Part shown: positions 42,601 to 50,251 of the stretch, in pieces
Layout of the letters: every line of letters starts with the position of its first letter
How positions within the stretch are numbered: the stretch's first letter is position 1
NCBI GenBank assembly: GCA_021463465.1
Contig: JAJTYH010000003.1
Coordinates: 275,549 to 339,548 of the forward strand
DNA: 64,000 bases
Direction: 5' to 3'
From: a bacterium
Lineage (GTDB): Bacteria; Patescibacteriota; Dojkabacteria; SC72
Translations under genes and position numbers: made by a program
Notes under the pieces: model-generated
Database searches by the model: none
Told to the model about the DNA's origin: nothing
Seen by the model: the letters and a program-made list of their open reading frames with translations, nothing else

Positions 42601-42932
42601 CATCTCCTCAGAATACTACTGTCACAAATACTGGAAATACAACACTTGATTTTGAAGTTTCAGGAGATGATTTATGTACTAACTATCCGACCTGTAGTGG
42701 GTCGCAAATAGGTGTTGGGTATCAGGAGTATAAGATTACAACTTTTACATACGGTGCAGGGACTGGATTAACTACTTCCCCAGTGACAGTTGATTTGAAT
42801 CTGAACAAATCTACTGCCGTCCCGTCTAATTCAACATCCTCCTTTTACTGGGGCATAGGAATTCCATCTCCAAAAGAGACTGGGGCGTATACAGGTGCTA
42901 ATACAGTAACGGCGTTAAATGGTGGTTCTTAG
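33675..42932 (+). CDS. Giant (3085 aa) surface adhesin-like protein: N-terminal TM, Gly-rich domain, beta-rich repeats, two LamG-like domains, DUF2341-like domain, Cys-rich C-terminal module
   Basis: LISYWRMDE...LDEFRIYDRVLS and AHLDE...FDGIMDEV (LamG-like); W..RVPIVI...LYLYY (DUF2341-like); S/T/G/N-rich. Confidence 0.85.
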   Translation: MMSWRTKRRLMRLWVALQSTLSMNGYNQRRKFPQNRLGIQSNIRVVGKTLKFGTAIVLAILISTFLFRIVSAEILLTNERNRLEFKSKSNSFLFDQIPIVEIKDTRYVLGSIKNVLGATTQNINEGTSVKLIDPIGNQVSGATIFNVLGNKYQVKVPENVDFVPGKYRLLIDSQGRHVEKDFTWGVLAVNTNKSVFTLGENVFLQLASLDEKGHTLCNSNLKLKITSPNGGVEYTEVRKSGDCFDDNVTLKADYYSNFEPTQIGSYVIQLTNSDLGYTISDSFRVEKSVPFIIERFGPTRIFPKSDYKMKIFVTANTDYVGKVEELVPSSFKVNQKTMEGLNGKLLTWDVNLKKGESKSVEYIFDAPDISPELYVIGPLRIGEFSEYRTWKVASDIVATLTDTYLQTGTWVAPDGVTSASVEVWGGGGAGGGATGNPAAGGGGAGGTYAKKANFSVTAGNSYTTTVGAAKTATTTSSASTNTGNVSWFSSNDTNGVVGEGGPGGAPVSANSSNGNGGTGSTANSFGDGGSVFAGGNASNGNFTSGTPGGAGGGGAGSSGVGGNASAGTGGTGSSTGGGNGANGVANSTAGAAGTTYGGGGSGGKANSTTDRAGGTGAAGAVAVTYSADFPKVEATSTGRDSTDATSHTITMPSGINVGELLIIVFSVDGNPTVTIGSGNWTKLGQASNGTTVTQAIFYKVAEGSDTATVSTSSTQEASHIVYRISGAGDTISGTSANGSSTNSNPPNHNPGTTNNYLWIATRGGDAQVVASVPPTNFANYKSIGAQNSTGASSNTSTRVHQASSLDPGTWTSTTEQWVSYTISVPPPVTLSGAVYTDEIGTNIGANKTVDIRINGTGSYTDETDNSGAWTINVPSIASGAVITAYLDDETEEGTIVMVSDGTSKSDIHIVQNRVFVRHDTGSSITPDNLFSGDDGDDDVKYSVSASSNGNLTVDSGFELHVWPGDTFDASGGSITLQGGANLHVDDTASVYLDTSTNTIAGDALIDGSATLRINANTDINGGDITTSGTNANVTTTSGSPTVTISGTGSIGGGTTPSFTFHNLNTSGTGTTTLSNAVTANNDVTVGSGTTLRINSNLNVNGGDLVNTTTGIIDYTSGTPTVTLTGAGTLGGGSGGISIYNLTTNGSSNSTTLATNNIVISNALNVGTSHTFAMSTNSLTIGSTSISDSGDITMATGSSTSQSASGTVTILGSSNAADWAGPGIFTAYNLTIGNGSNTLSVDNETADLSIDVNNDFNITANATFSASSSSSFTVGNSYSNSGTFTANSGLVTMDAGDSGNTLSGSMTGSSTFYNLRFNNSAGSWTFSNNADVGNDFTITDATAVNAPSSLSVARNFTGSSAFTPGSGTVTLSGAGGTTQTLSGNTTFYNLTANASSSRIIQFTASSTNTINNNLTLTGTNCDALMLLRSTSKGTVWNIDDNTGGTTTVSNVDVQDSTATDQAVTATSSNNSGNNGNWTIAASACEGGSTSITPVSYGFQRKTFFDDTNDVYWMLYHDGDEIEVRYSSDTGTTWNLPSTSSSAHLAYDTSDFSVWNKTISSTEYIFLALKDGFDIKVLVGTLSASNVTWDNDIDTVFDGTSSGDTFSYPYVSLDSSNYVWVGARYYDGTNYVYRTSDSNAIGSTDLSSVGWNPFKQVINNQTNSNVYGNIVPLASQAMYLTVAVGTALRGCIWDDSANDWVDSNDVSCTTESEEYYSTLNNGLISYWRMDETSWNGTSNEVVDSSGNGLHGVRVGDATTENSGFLRSGTFDGSGDYIDAGSPASLDDLPNSDFTVSFWHKYSETGSANFPVFVGKRNYLGSYGWNISTEKTNKYVKLNVLYPGGTDAQFTTDDDAFADGVWSQVTVTWDASTKTGEIFINGIQPSMYNEVSGSGTYTSDASEILRVGHDNVGSPYKGNLDEFRIYDRVLSTSEISQLYQYYPGPINIDNSSDFGSMPGAGRQIIRAGDGDIYAFVNDGGNCEMWKSTNSFTWTQQQPGTTITCSNSNAISTSIDGNADIHVAYFDGTSSLKYRLYDTATDNWDGGVGEENIVTGDTYSSVVVSIDSNNIPHIAVRTTTGAIIGYNNRIGGTWNGSLTTVESTSVTDYLDLTINENNYPAISYITSTSLVAKEGNANDASSFNSSGTIDSTVNTTAGQAGISIAVDSANGDEWVAYIDSGGSVALAKHSGGTWGSGWSTVTTKSDIGSEPSIALAWSNGVYVFYQDDSTDQKIVYDFYNSSGSSPAWVGEKVLLTPSSGVDYKDVKVRWSYLNNPSYSNYSFEYLISDNTDLYFGQLSLPDWLTNWSKRVPIVISNSNIDADLTAFPLNLTVTSTSGTADDDMTLLFDSLGANSKKIAITKSDGTTELYAEVQRWDTTNEIGQLWVSKEDFVLSGSTDTTLYLYYDSNHADNTNYVGDTGSTIAGKVWEPGYKVVAHLDEADDTSRVDASGNGNTMSESASDTVTQYTSGTRIGADFERGDTEFLEVSDNSSLEMSNFTFTAWLNVESTQSSGGAYQAIFTRGDGGNWAYGWATESDSIGTLIDADGFAGGGALPVSASSTFNTGEWNLFHVTYDGSNIRLYKNGVELTSGDYPYATTISINQNSTSSLRLGNWQSQSGYFDGIMDEVMLNSGAKSSAWLKTDYHSMTDNLANWGTSESVAFSTSSQDTIDTIPANIDDNFSATVDSSNNVHIAYVDDESTDQISHRKWTNSTQTWGSATLVPSGASNTHTNISIAINTSAADLNDLYVSWIDSSNNHIYYRQYDSSATSWLTVQDWKTTGTNVYPTLNFSGSGRVFALWNQGTSSPTTIDWGSILAPSGGSAPTVTSVSLNGGSTITLTEGTTTNISVVGTVTDLDGHANISTATAKIYRSGVSGAQSCSNSDNNCYTVASCSLSSCAGNTCTATCTAPLAFHADATDTGSTYASEYWRGWIEATDDDSNTGSGFSSVGSPDLASTAAMDISSSLAFGTLLAGDDTGASPQNTTVTNTGNTTLDFEVSGDDLCTNYPTCSGSQIGVGYQEYKITTFTYGAGTGLTTSPVTVDLNLNKSTAVPSNSTSSFYWGIGIPSPKETGAYTGANTVTALNGGS

Positions 42933-42962
42933 TTGACTTTGTGAGAATTTAATTAGTATATT
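42933..42962 (+). promoter_or_regulatory. Candidate internal promoter for the 563-aa gene
   Basis: TTGACT-18 nt-TATATT directly after the giant-gene stop. Confidence 0.45.
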
Positions 42963-42986
42963 GTAGGGATTAAATAGGAATAATTA

Positions 42987-44678
42987 ATGAAGCAGTTTCG
43001 TGTGGCAACAACCAAGTTTCTCCTTGTTATTGGGCTAACTGCTTTACTTATTCCAAACCTCTTCATTATATGGAATGTTATTGCAGATAGTGTTACGACA
43101 TCAGTTACTGTTGGGAATACGTCTCCTAGTTTTACGGTAGGACCAGCTGAAAATCCCGAGAGTTCGAATACCACCCCTACAAACGTTGGTGCTAATACGA
43201 CTTTCCAGGCTACTGCGACTGATAGCAATTCGGAAAATTATTACTTGATTTTATGCTCTACAAACTCAGTTTCTGCAACCAATGGCGGTGCTCCGACTTG
43301 TGGTGCGACTCAGTTTTGTGTTAGTTCCTCAACCGCAAGCGGAAGCCAGGCTTCATGCAATCGTTCTGCACAGGCTGGCGATGCTGAAAATGTTGCCTGG
43401 TACGCATTTGTTTGTGACGGAAATGCTTCAGCAGCAGCGTGTTCAAGCTCCAGTCAAGGGAGTGGTGCTACAGGATCACCCTTTGCTGTTAACCATGTTC
43501 CAGGCTTCTCTTCGGTAAGTAACGATGGGCCTAAAAATCCTGGCCAAACCGTTACATGGTCAACTACAGCTTCAGACACTGACTCAGCAGGTTCTGCTGA
43601 TACAGTTAAGCTAATTGTTTGTAAGACAACTGGACTTTCGGGAGATGCCTGCGATGGAGGTGGAAGTGATACATGGTGCTCAAGTTCTTTTGTTTCGTCA
43701 GATCCAACATGTGGATATGCCGTTCCCACGCCAACTGCTGATGGGGCAAATAATGCATATGTTTATGTAGTTGATAATCATAATTTTGGAGCTTCCTCAG
43801 GTAACCAAGGTAGTAATAGCTCCTTTACTGTAAACAATATTGCTCCAGTTGTATCTGGGGTAACATTTAATGGTGGTAGTGCCATAACTTTAACTGAAGG
43901 TACTACTACAAATATAACCATTGGCGCCACAATTACTGATAATAATAGCTGTACTGGTGGTGAAATTGCTACAACATATGGTTATGCATATAGGTCTGGG
44001 GTTGGATTTTCTGGGTGTGACACTTCTGGAGAATCTAATAATAACCATTGTTATGCGGAGGTCACATGTACTGTAACTGGTGGTACCTGTTCTGGCGCTT
44101 CGGATGCATCAGCTGATTATACCTGCACAGTAGCAATGCAGCACTATGCTGACCCAACGGATGTTGCGACCATATACCCTACGGAGAATTGGTTGGCATC
44201 GTTTAGGGCAATTGATGATGATAGTGCTGCTCATACAGTTGAAGTCTCGTCAGGCGTTGAAATGAACTCACTTACTGCTCTGAATGTCACTGGTTCAGTT
44301 AACTACGGAACATTAGATGTAAACCAAAGCAATGACCCACTTGATAAGATTACGACAGTTACACCTACAGGAAATGTTGGACTCGATGAAGAACTCTCGG
44401 GCGCAAATATGTGTACGGACTATCCAACATGTTCAGGTGGAATAATTGCTGTAGGTCAACAAAAGTATGCACTAGCAACATCAACTGCCTATGCAAGCGG
44501 TACAGCCTTGACAACTTCACCCGTAGAGCAAGAGTTAAATGTTCCGAAAGCTACATCCGGTTCCCCCACAACAAAAAATACATGGTGGGGTATATTAATC
44601 CCGCTTGGAACTACTCCGGGATCATATAGTGGAAGCAATACAGTTACTGCAGTCAAAGGTGAAACGGGAGGTTGGTGA
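42987..44678 (+). CDS. Secreted Cys-rich (18 Cys) beta-sandwich repeat protein; C-terminal half paralogous to the giant protein C-terminus
   Basis: N-terminal signal/TM; repeated V.N..P.F/V domain starts; NGGS.ITLTEGTTTNI and CT.YPTCSG shared with the upstream gene. Confidence 0.8.
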   Translation: MKQFRVATTKFLLVIGLTALLIPNLFIIWNVIADSVTTSVTVGNTSPSFTVGPAENPESSNTTPTNVGANTTFQATATDSNSENYYLILCSTNSVSATNGGAPTCGATQFCVSSSTASGSQASCNRSAQAGDAENVAWYAFVCDGNASAAACSSSSQGSGATGSPFAVNHVPGFSSVSNDGPKNPGQTVTWSTTASDTDSAGSADTVKLIVCKTTGLSGDACDGGGSDTWCSSSFVSSDPTCGYAVPTPTADGANNAYVYVVDNHNFGASSGNQGSNSSFTVNNIAPVVSGVTFNGGSAITLTEGTTTNITIGATITDNNSCTGGEIATTYGYAYRSGVGFSGCDTSGESNNNHCYAEVTCTVTGGTCSGASDASADYTCTVAMQHYADPTDVATIYPTENWLASFRAIDDDSAAHTVEVSSGVEMNSLTALNVTGSVNYGTLDVNQSNDPLDKITTVTPTGNVGLDEELSGANMCTDYPTCSGGIIAVGQQKYALATSTAYASGTALTTSPVEQELNVPKATSGSPTTKNTWWGILIPLGTTPGSYSGSNTVTAVKGETGGW

Positions 44679-44698
44679 AGTTTATTTAAAGAAATTGT

Positions 44699-46105
44699 AT
44701 GATGTTTAGTATATTTATAGAAAGAATGAAAACTTTAGGAAAAACGATTACGACAATTGCATGCTTCTTATTAATGATGTCCCCGTCATTAGCGGGTTTT
44801 GGTGTCTCACCTACTAATATTTATAATGAATACTTAAAGCCCGGAGCACATTTTGAGAAGGTGGTGACACTTTCAAGATCTGATCCGTTTGAAGATTTAG
44901 ATATTGTTATCGAACCCAGTTTAGGAGAGATTAACTCTTGGTTTAGATTTGATCCAGGTCTTACCTTTGTTTTCCCTAAAGGCGAGAGTAGGAAAACTTT
45001 TAAAATAATCGTTGATGTACCACAAAGTGCTTCATATCGGGGATATGAAGGAGTTATTCGTGTAAAAGCTCTAGCTCGTGGTCAAGCTGTACAGGGGGTT
45101 TCAATTGTCAAGGGTGCAAGGTTAGATGTAGATTTGGTAACTACAGAGGTTTCAATCAGTGAATTGCAGATTAAATCACTAAAAATGCTTGATGCCAATG
45201 AGGGAGACCCTTTGAAGTTGGAAATTCTTGCAGAAAATCTTGGAAACGTTGCGGTATCACCTGATGCGAAGGTTGCAATAAAAAATCTACAGATGGAAGA
45301 TTTGGAGGAGCATGTTGACAATGATCTTGAATTTGTGCAACCAAACGAGAGTAAAACTTTATATGCTGAATTTAAATCATCACTTCCTCAAGGCGAGTAC
45401 TTTGTGGATGCATTTGTTCTAGTAGATGGTTCAGTGGTAAGGAAAGAAAGATTAGTTTTTAGAATTAATGCACCAGGAGAGAAAAGTGCAGATACTAGTG
45501 GTGGGTTAAGTACTGCTTTTGCAAACGGGATTTCTTTGTTGAGAGACAATGCTTCAATGATTGGGGTTTGCCTGCTATTTGCTATTGTTGCGTACTTCTT
45601 GATGAGCAAGCTGTGGAAGCAGGAGAGTATGGAAGATAAAAAGAATGAGTTATGGGCACCACTACTTGGCGTCAGAGCTAGTTCAAGAATTATTGTTTCC
45701 ATCCTAATTGGAATTTTATCAGCCGGAATATTCTGGTGGTTTAGTTCACACCCAATTCAGTTTGAAAAAGAGAGTAAAAAGAGCGACATTTCAGTACAGC
45801 CTAGTGGTGGAATCCCTTTGGAAGTTGTTGTATCAGAAGGTACAGATGTTAAAGGTGTGAAAGAGAAGATTGATAAATCTGATCCACTTGTGGTAAGTGA
45901 TAGGGATAAGGACGGAAAGGCGAAATATCCGATTTACGAAAGCCCAGATCTTAACTCAAATATTGTCTACTATGCTCTAGAAGATGAAAAGTTGGATGTA
46001 GTGGAGGAAAATGCTGATTGGTATAAGGTTGAAGTCGGGGATGGCGATATGGGGTGGCTTGAGAAATCAAAAGTAAAATCTAGTGTATCTCAAGAGATTC
46101 AATAG
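44699..46105 (+). CDS. DUF916/DUF3324 (WxLIP)-like double Ig-domain membrane protein with C-terminal SH3 domain (start may be 44726)
   Basis: Signal peptide, GVSP, VDVP..A....YEGVI.V, ENLGNV...P, GEY; two TMs; IYESPDLNS...WYKV...GWL SH3. Confidence 0.6.
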   Translation: MMFSIFIERMKTLGKTITTIACFLLMMSPSLAGFGVSPTNIYNEYLKPGAHFEKVVTLSRSDPFEDLDIVIEPSLGEINSWFRFDPGLTFVFPKGESRKTFKIIVDVPQSASYRGYEGVIRVKALARGQAVQGVSIVKGARLDVDLVTTEVSISELQIKSLKMLDANEGDPLKLEILAENLGNVAVSPDAKVAIKNLQMEDLEEHVDNDLEFVQPNESKTLYAEFKSSLPQGEYFVDAFVLVDGSVVRKERLVFRINAPGEKSADTSGGLSTAFANGISLLRDNASMIGVCLLFAIVAYFLMSKLWKQESMEDKKNELWAPLLGVRASSRIIVSILIGILSAGIFWWFSSHPIQFEKESKKSDISVQPSGGIPLEVVVSEGTDVKGVKEKIDKSDPLVVSDRDKDGKAKYPIYESPDLNSNIVYYALEDEKLDVVEENADWYKVEVGDGDMGWLEKSKVKSSVSQEIQ

Positions 46106-46108
46106 TAA

Positions 46109-46555
46109 TTAAGGATTTTTTATACCTTCCCAAATATTCTTTAAATCTGATATCGCTTTGGATTGTGGAATCATCCAGAAGTATAACCAGCCAGAAAGAC
46201 TTTTAGCTGTTGACTGAATATCCCATGTCAATCCTTTTGATTTGATATATTCAATTGCGGAGGAAATGGCCAAGATCTCTTCTTTATAACGAAACTCACG
46301 ATTGATTAAATACTTTAGCCCCCATTTAAATAATCCTATTGTTTGCTGGCGATCGATGTGTGTTTGCTCGTGTAGAATTCTAGATTGATGATAAAGGTTA
46401 GGTGTTTTAGATATGAGATTTTGGTAGACAGCTGGTGGAATATATATATTTGGATAAATAGCTGTTGCAGTGCTAAATCCAATCCATGGAATTAAATTCC
46501 AGTACCAATCTTTGACTTTAACGTTTTTAGATAGGTTATAAACGGTACTAGACAT
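46109..46555 (-). CDS. Small HExxH putative metalloprotease
   Basis: ILHEQTHIDRQ...FRYKEEILA. Confidence 0.6.
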   Translation of the reverse strand: MSSTVYNLSKNVKVKDWYWNLIPWIGFSTATAIYPNIYIPPAVYQNLISKTPNLYHQSRILHEQTHIDRQQTIGLFKWGLKYLINREFRYKEEILAISSAIEYIKSKGLTWDIQSTAKSLSGWLYFWMIPQSKAISDLKNIWEGIKNP

Positions 46556-46631
46556 AAGTACTTTGGAATACTTGAATCAAACTAACTCAGGGTTCATCTA
46601 GACCTTATTTCTAATCCGTTCGCAAGTATGG

Positions 46632-47042
46632 TTACTGTATACAAGTGACCCCGTTTAGTTTTTCGAATGTTTTAATTGCGCCCTTACGGAGACAATCAGA
46701 TTGTATATATTCAATCTTTCCTTTGCATCCACCTTTGCCACATTCAGAACAGCTATAAGTCCCTTTTTTCTTATCAAATTTGCTCTCTGATTTATTCGAT
46801 AAAGCAATACCTGCACGCTTACTCCACTTACATGAGTATTTATAGGTTGGTTGCGACCAACAGGTATACACTTTGCATGCAGCACTTGCTGAGCCAGCAG
46901 CTTCTGAGTCTGTTTCGGACACATTTTTATTAATCAAAAGCTGATTAAGGGATAGCATTGTACCGAAAAAAATTATGATACCTGCTATTAAGAGGATGAA
47001 TGTAGGGGAGGATAGTTTGCTTGCTACTTTTCTTCTGGGCAT
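46632..47042 (-). CDS. Small membrane-anchored/secreted basic protein with 8 Cys
   Basis: Basic N-terminus, TM, SEAA linker, Lys/Cys-rich domain. Confidence 0.65.
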   Translation of the reverse strand: MPRRKVASKLSSPTFILLIAGIIIFFGTMLSLNQLLINKNVSETDSEAAGSASAACKVYTCWSQPTYKYSCKWSKRAGIALSNKSESKFDKKKGTYSCSECGKGGCKGKIEYIQSDCLRKGAIKTFEKLNGVTCIQ

Positions 47043-47143
47043 ATTAATATGACTTATGTTATATTACCAATATAATTGATTACGAAATTGAAAGTCAAGT
47101 CCCAGTTCAGCTATGCGTATTTTGATTTAATGAGGCCACTTTT

Positions 47144-48238
47144 ATGACTTTAGATAAAGAGATTTCAAACTTCATAACGGAAGCTGATGATTATAAAAAA
47201 ACTTTTTTAGGATTCCCTATCAATTTATCATACGAGTGGAATGGTGTTATCAAGTCAGGCTCAGTGTATTTGAATAATTGTGGAGATCCATTTTACCCAC
47301 CATCCTGGCATAATCACTCAAAACGATTCGAAATAGAAGTTATCAAATATTTTTTAAAATGGTTTAAATCGGATTTTAAAAAAGGTTGGGGATATGTTAC
47401 CTCAGGTGGGACTGAAGGTAATATGGAGGGCTTATTCATAGCTCGCGAGAAGTTCCCTGATGGGGTTCTATATTTTTCTAAAGATACTCATTACTCAATG
47501 GAAAAGATTGCAAATATTTTGAAAATTAAGTATGAGATCATAGATTCTTCGGAAAATGGTGAGATAGACTATGTGATGCTTGAGGATAGGATTAAATCTA
47601 ATCTCAAGTATCCTGTGATACTTTCATTAAATTGTGGAACCACATTTAAAGGAGCTTATGACGATATAAATAAGGTGAAAGCAATTTTGGATAAACTTAA
47701 AGTGAGGGAGAGATATATTCATGTTGACGGTGCGCTTTCAGGCATGCTCCTTCCTCTTATTGATCAAAACCAACCTTTTACCTTTGAAAACGGAATGGAC
47801 AGTATTGCTGTTTCAGCTCATAAGTTTCTTGGGTGCCCAATTATCTCAGGTATCATTTTGACCAGGAGGGAGTATGTGAATATGATTAAAAGCAAAGTCG
47901 AGTATATTAATTCCCATGACACGACAATAATTGGCTCTAGAAACGGTCAGGCACCGCTATACATTTATTATGCAATTAAAAAGTATGGTTTTAATAGGTT
48001 TCGGTCTGATGCACTCGACTCGATTAAGAATGCAAAATACTTAAAAGAGAAACTGGCTGAAATTGATTACGAACCGATTCTGCATCCAAATTCAGTAACG
48101 GTGTATTTTAAAAGGCCAGATGATTCTATTATGGAAAAATGGCAGTTATCAGGGCAAGGTAAGCAAGCGCATGCTGTAGTAATGCCCCATGTGACGAAAG
48201 AAATGATTGATAATCTGATTGAAGATCTAAAAAAGTAG
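47144..48238 (+). CDS. PLP-dependent group II decarboxylase, histidine/serine decarboxylase type
   Basis: NNCGDPF, WGYVTSGGTEGN, THYS, GTTFKGAYD, HVDGA, SAHKFLGCP (PLP Lys), GSRNG. Confidence 0.88.
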   Translation: MTLDKEISNFITEADDYKKTFLGFPINLSYEWNGVIKSGSVYLNNCGDPFYPPSWHNHSKRFEIEVIKYFLKWFKSDFKKGWGYVTSGGTEGNMEGLFIAREKFPDGVLYFSKDTHYSMEKIANILKIKYEIIDSSENGEIDYVMLEDRIKSNLKYPVILSLNCGTTFKGAYDDINKVKAILDKLKVRERYIHVDGALSGMLLPLIDQNQPFTFENGMDSIAVSAHKFLGCPIISGIILTRREYVNMIKSKVEYINSHDTTIIGSRNGQAPLYIYYAIKKYGFNRFRSDALDSIKNAKYLKEKLAEIDYEPILHPNSVTVYFKRPDDSIMEKWQLSGQGKQAHAVVMPHVTKEMIDNLIEDLKK

Positions 48239-48401
48239 GTCTTCTTGATTTGCTTTTGCCTAAAGTCTTGAAGTTATATTAGAGTATTCCTTATAAATCC
48301 GATGCAAAAATTCTGAACGATTTGTGAGACTAATGTTGTAATCCTTGGGTACTTATCCTTTTGTAACTTACTTTTTTGGCTATAGCGGAGTATAATACCC
48401 T

Positions 48402-49442
48402 ATGGGATACTTTGCGGATGAATTGAAAATAAGGGAAGCTGATGTTGAAAGAGCCAATATTAGTTGGCCAATTATAGATGCAACCAATCCATTTTTACAT
48501 GGTCTCGAAGATAGTTTTGACACTGTTTTAGGTTCCCTTGAAAACTTGGTTATAAAGAGGAGCAATCTAGGTGCAGCAGGTATATATTTGCCCAAAATTG
48601 ACTCAGATATGTTGGAAGCATTGAAGTGTCAAGCAATAAAGCAGGAAGCACTACCTGTAATTGATAGTCATATGGGTGTTAATTTCATTGAAAACGGGTC
48701 TCAAGTTTGGCGGAGACTCCTCTTCCTAACATTCAAAGGGACTAAGTTGTGGAGTGAAGTTATTGAGCCTCATTTCAACCATATATTACTAGGTCCCATC
48801 CTTAGGGGAAGAAAAACAGAAGATGTATTTGTCTATGATATAGATGTTGAAGATCAGCTTTTTTTTGGAGTCCCGAGTAGTACGAAAAAAATAGCAGGAT
48901 GGATTGACTCACTGATGAGTAGGGTAGATCTTAATTCAAAATTCAGTACAAATCTATGGTCACTACACGCACATATTTCAGATGAAATTCGGAAATCTCA
49001 TGGTATATCTCGTCCTGACGAAAACTTAGAGGAGTGGGAGAGGTTGTATGAATACTATTGGAGATTAAACGAATCTCGGCTAGTAACGAATGAAATGAGA
49101 GAGTTTATGATTGGTCGAACCTTAGTGACTATTTCGGTTGACCTACCTTCAGTATACTCTGGGCAACAAATGGCTGAGTATTTTCTTAGCCCAAAAATCA
49201 AAAGGTACTTTGTTAGTCAATTAAAATCAGGCAAGTTAATAAACTCTGAATACTTTACAGATCCATTACTTAAGCATTATGCAAATAATATGTATAGCTA
49301 CCTAATGTCGATGAGTGATGTAGGTGGAAGGCAGCTTACAGTAGAAAGTATTGGAGAGTATATCCAGAGCTATTTAAATGGTATAACCTCAAAATACACC
49401 TTTATTGCAGCGGTACGAAATGAATATTTAGAGAGGGTATAG
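48402..49442 (+). CDS. Hypothetical protein
   Basis: 346-aa ORF, TATAAT 5 nt before ATG, no motif recognised. Confidence 0.65.
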   Translation: MGYFADELKIREADVERANISWPIIDATNPFLHGLEDSFDTVLGSLENLVIKRSNLGAAGIYLPKIDSDMLEALKCQAIKQEALPVIDSHMGVNFIENGSQVWRRLLFLTFKGTKLWSEVIEPHFNHILLGPILRGRKTEDVFVYDIDVEDQLFFGVPSSTKKIAGWIDSLMSRVDLNSKFSTNLWSLHAHISDEIRKSHGISRPDENLEEWERLYEYYWRLNESRLVTNEMREFMIGRTLVTISVDLPSVYSGQQMAEYFLSPKIKRYFVSQLKSGKLINSEYFTDPLLKHYANNMYSYLMSMSDVGGRQLTVESIGEYIQSYLNGITSKYTFIAAVRNEYLERV

Positions 49443-49506
49443 AGACTTTCTAACCTGTTACTCGCATTTGTAGTACAATGTTCATCCTTAGGTTATTAGT
49501 AGAATT

Positions 49507-50130
49507 ATGAAAAAGCATATTGTTTTTGATTTTGACGATACAATCGCTCCGACGTATAAAACAAATCAGCAACTTTTTTACGAAACCCTTAGACCTTATG
49601 GAGAGAATATTGACGAGGCATATGTAAAAACTCTGCATAAATCTCAAAGAGGAGCCTCAATTAAAGATCTATTCGAGACCGTAGTTAATGAATTTGGATT
49701 GAATGTTAAGGTTGACGCATTGTTATCAAAAAATGAAGAAATGCAAAAAGATAATGCATTAGATATGGCTGCTTTTACGGGAGTGAGACCGTTCCTTTCT
49801 TATTTAAAAAGTAAAAATAAGATTGTTTCTATTTGCACAAATAGAAGTAGGGGGTCGTTGGATATAATTCTTAATAAAAATAACCTATTCGATTATTTTG
49901 ATAATATTATTTCGTGTTTTGATTTAGGTTTTGAAAAGCCAAACCCTAAATGTTTGATTGATTTAATGTCCATGTATCCCGACATTAAAAAAGAGGAGTA
50001 TATTTATATTGGTGATTCAGAGACTGATACCCATTTTGCTGCAAATGCAGGAATTGATTTTATTATAGTTGATCAGTATTTCAATAATGGAGCTTTTTTT
50101 GATTTGATATTGCAGCTGTTTGTTGAGTAG
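49507..50130 (+). CDS. HAD-superfamily hydrolase
   Basis: FDFDDT, CTN, KPNP, YIGDSETD. Confidence 0.9.
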   Translation: MKKHIVFDFDDTIAPTYKTNQQLFYETLRPYGENIDEAYVKTLHKSQRGASIKDLFETVVNEFGLNVKVDALLSKNEEMQKDNALDMAAFTGVRPFLSYLKSKNKIVSICTNRSRGSLDIILNKNNLFDYFDNIISCFDLGFEKPNPKCLIDLMSMYPDIKKEEYIYIGDSETDTHFAANAGIDFIIVDQYFNNGAFFDLILQLFVE

Positions 50131-50251
50131 ATTGGACGTAGTGATGAAATATTCGCCAATATTGTTTCGTAGGGCACGAGCTTTTAACCATTTTGATTTT
50201 AAATCAACGCTTTACGCCTTCTTAAAATATAGGTATGGAGGAGAGTATTGA

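Noticed and set aside
34744-44629. Many antisense and alternate-frame ORFs in the giant and 563-aa genes (e.g. Pro-rich 34883-35419)
   Set aside because: Shadows of Gly/Ser/Thr-biased codons on the coding strand; no independent start signals or motifs.
42123-44678. Shared module as a DGR template/variable repeat pair
   Set aside because: Differences are spread over all bases with indels, not adenine-specific, and no reverse transcriptase is present; ordinary paralogy.
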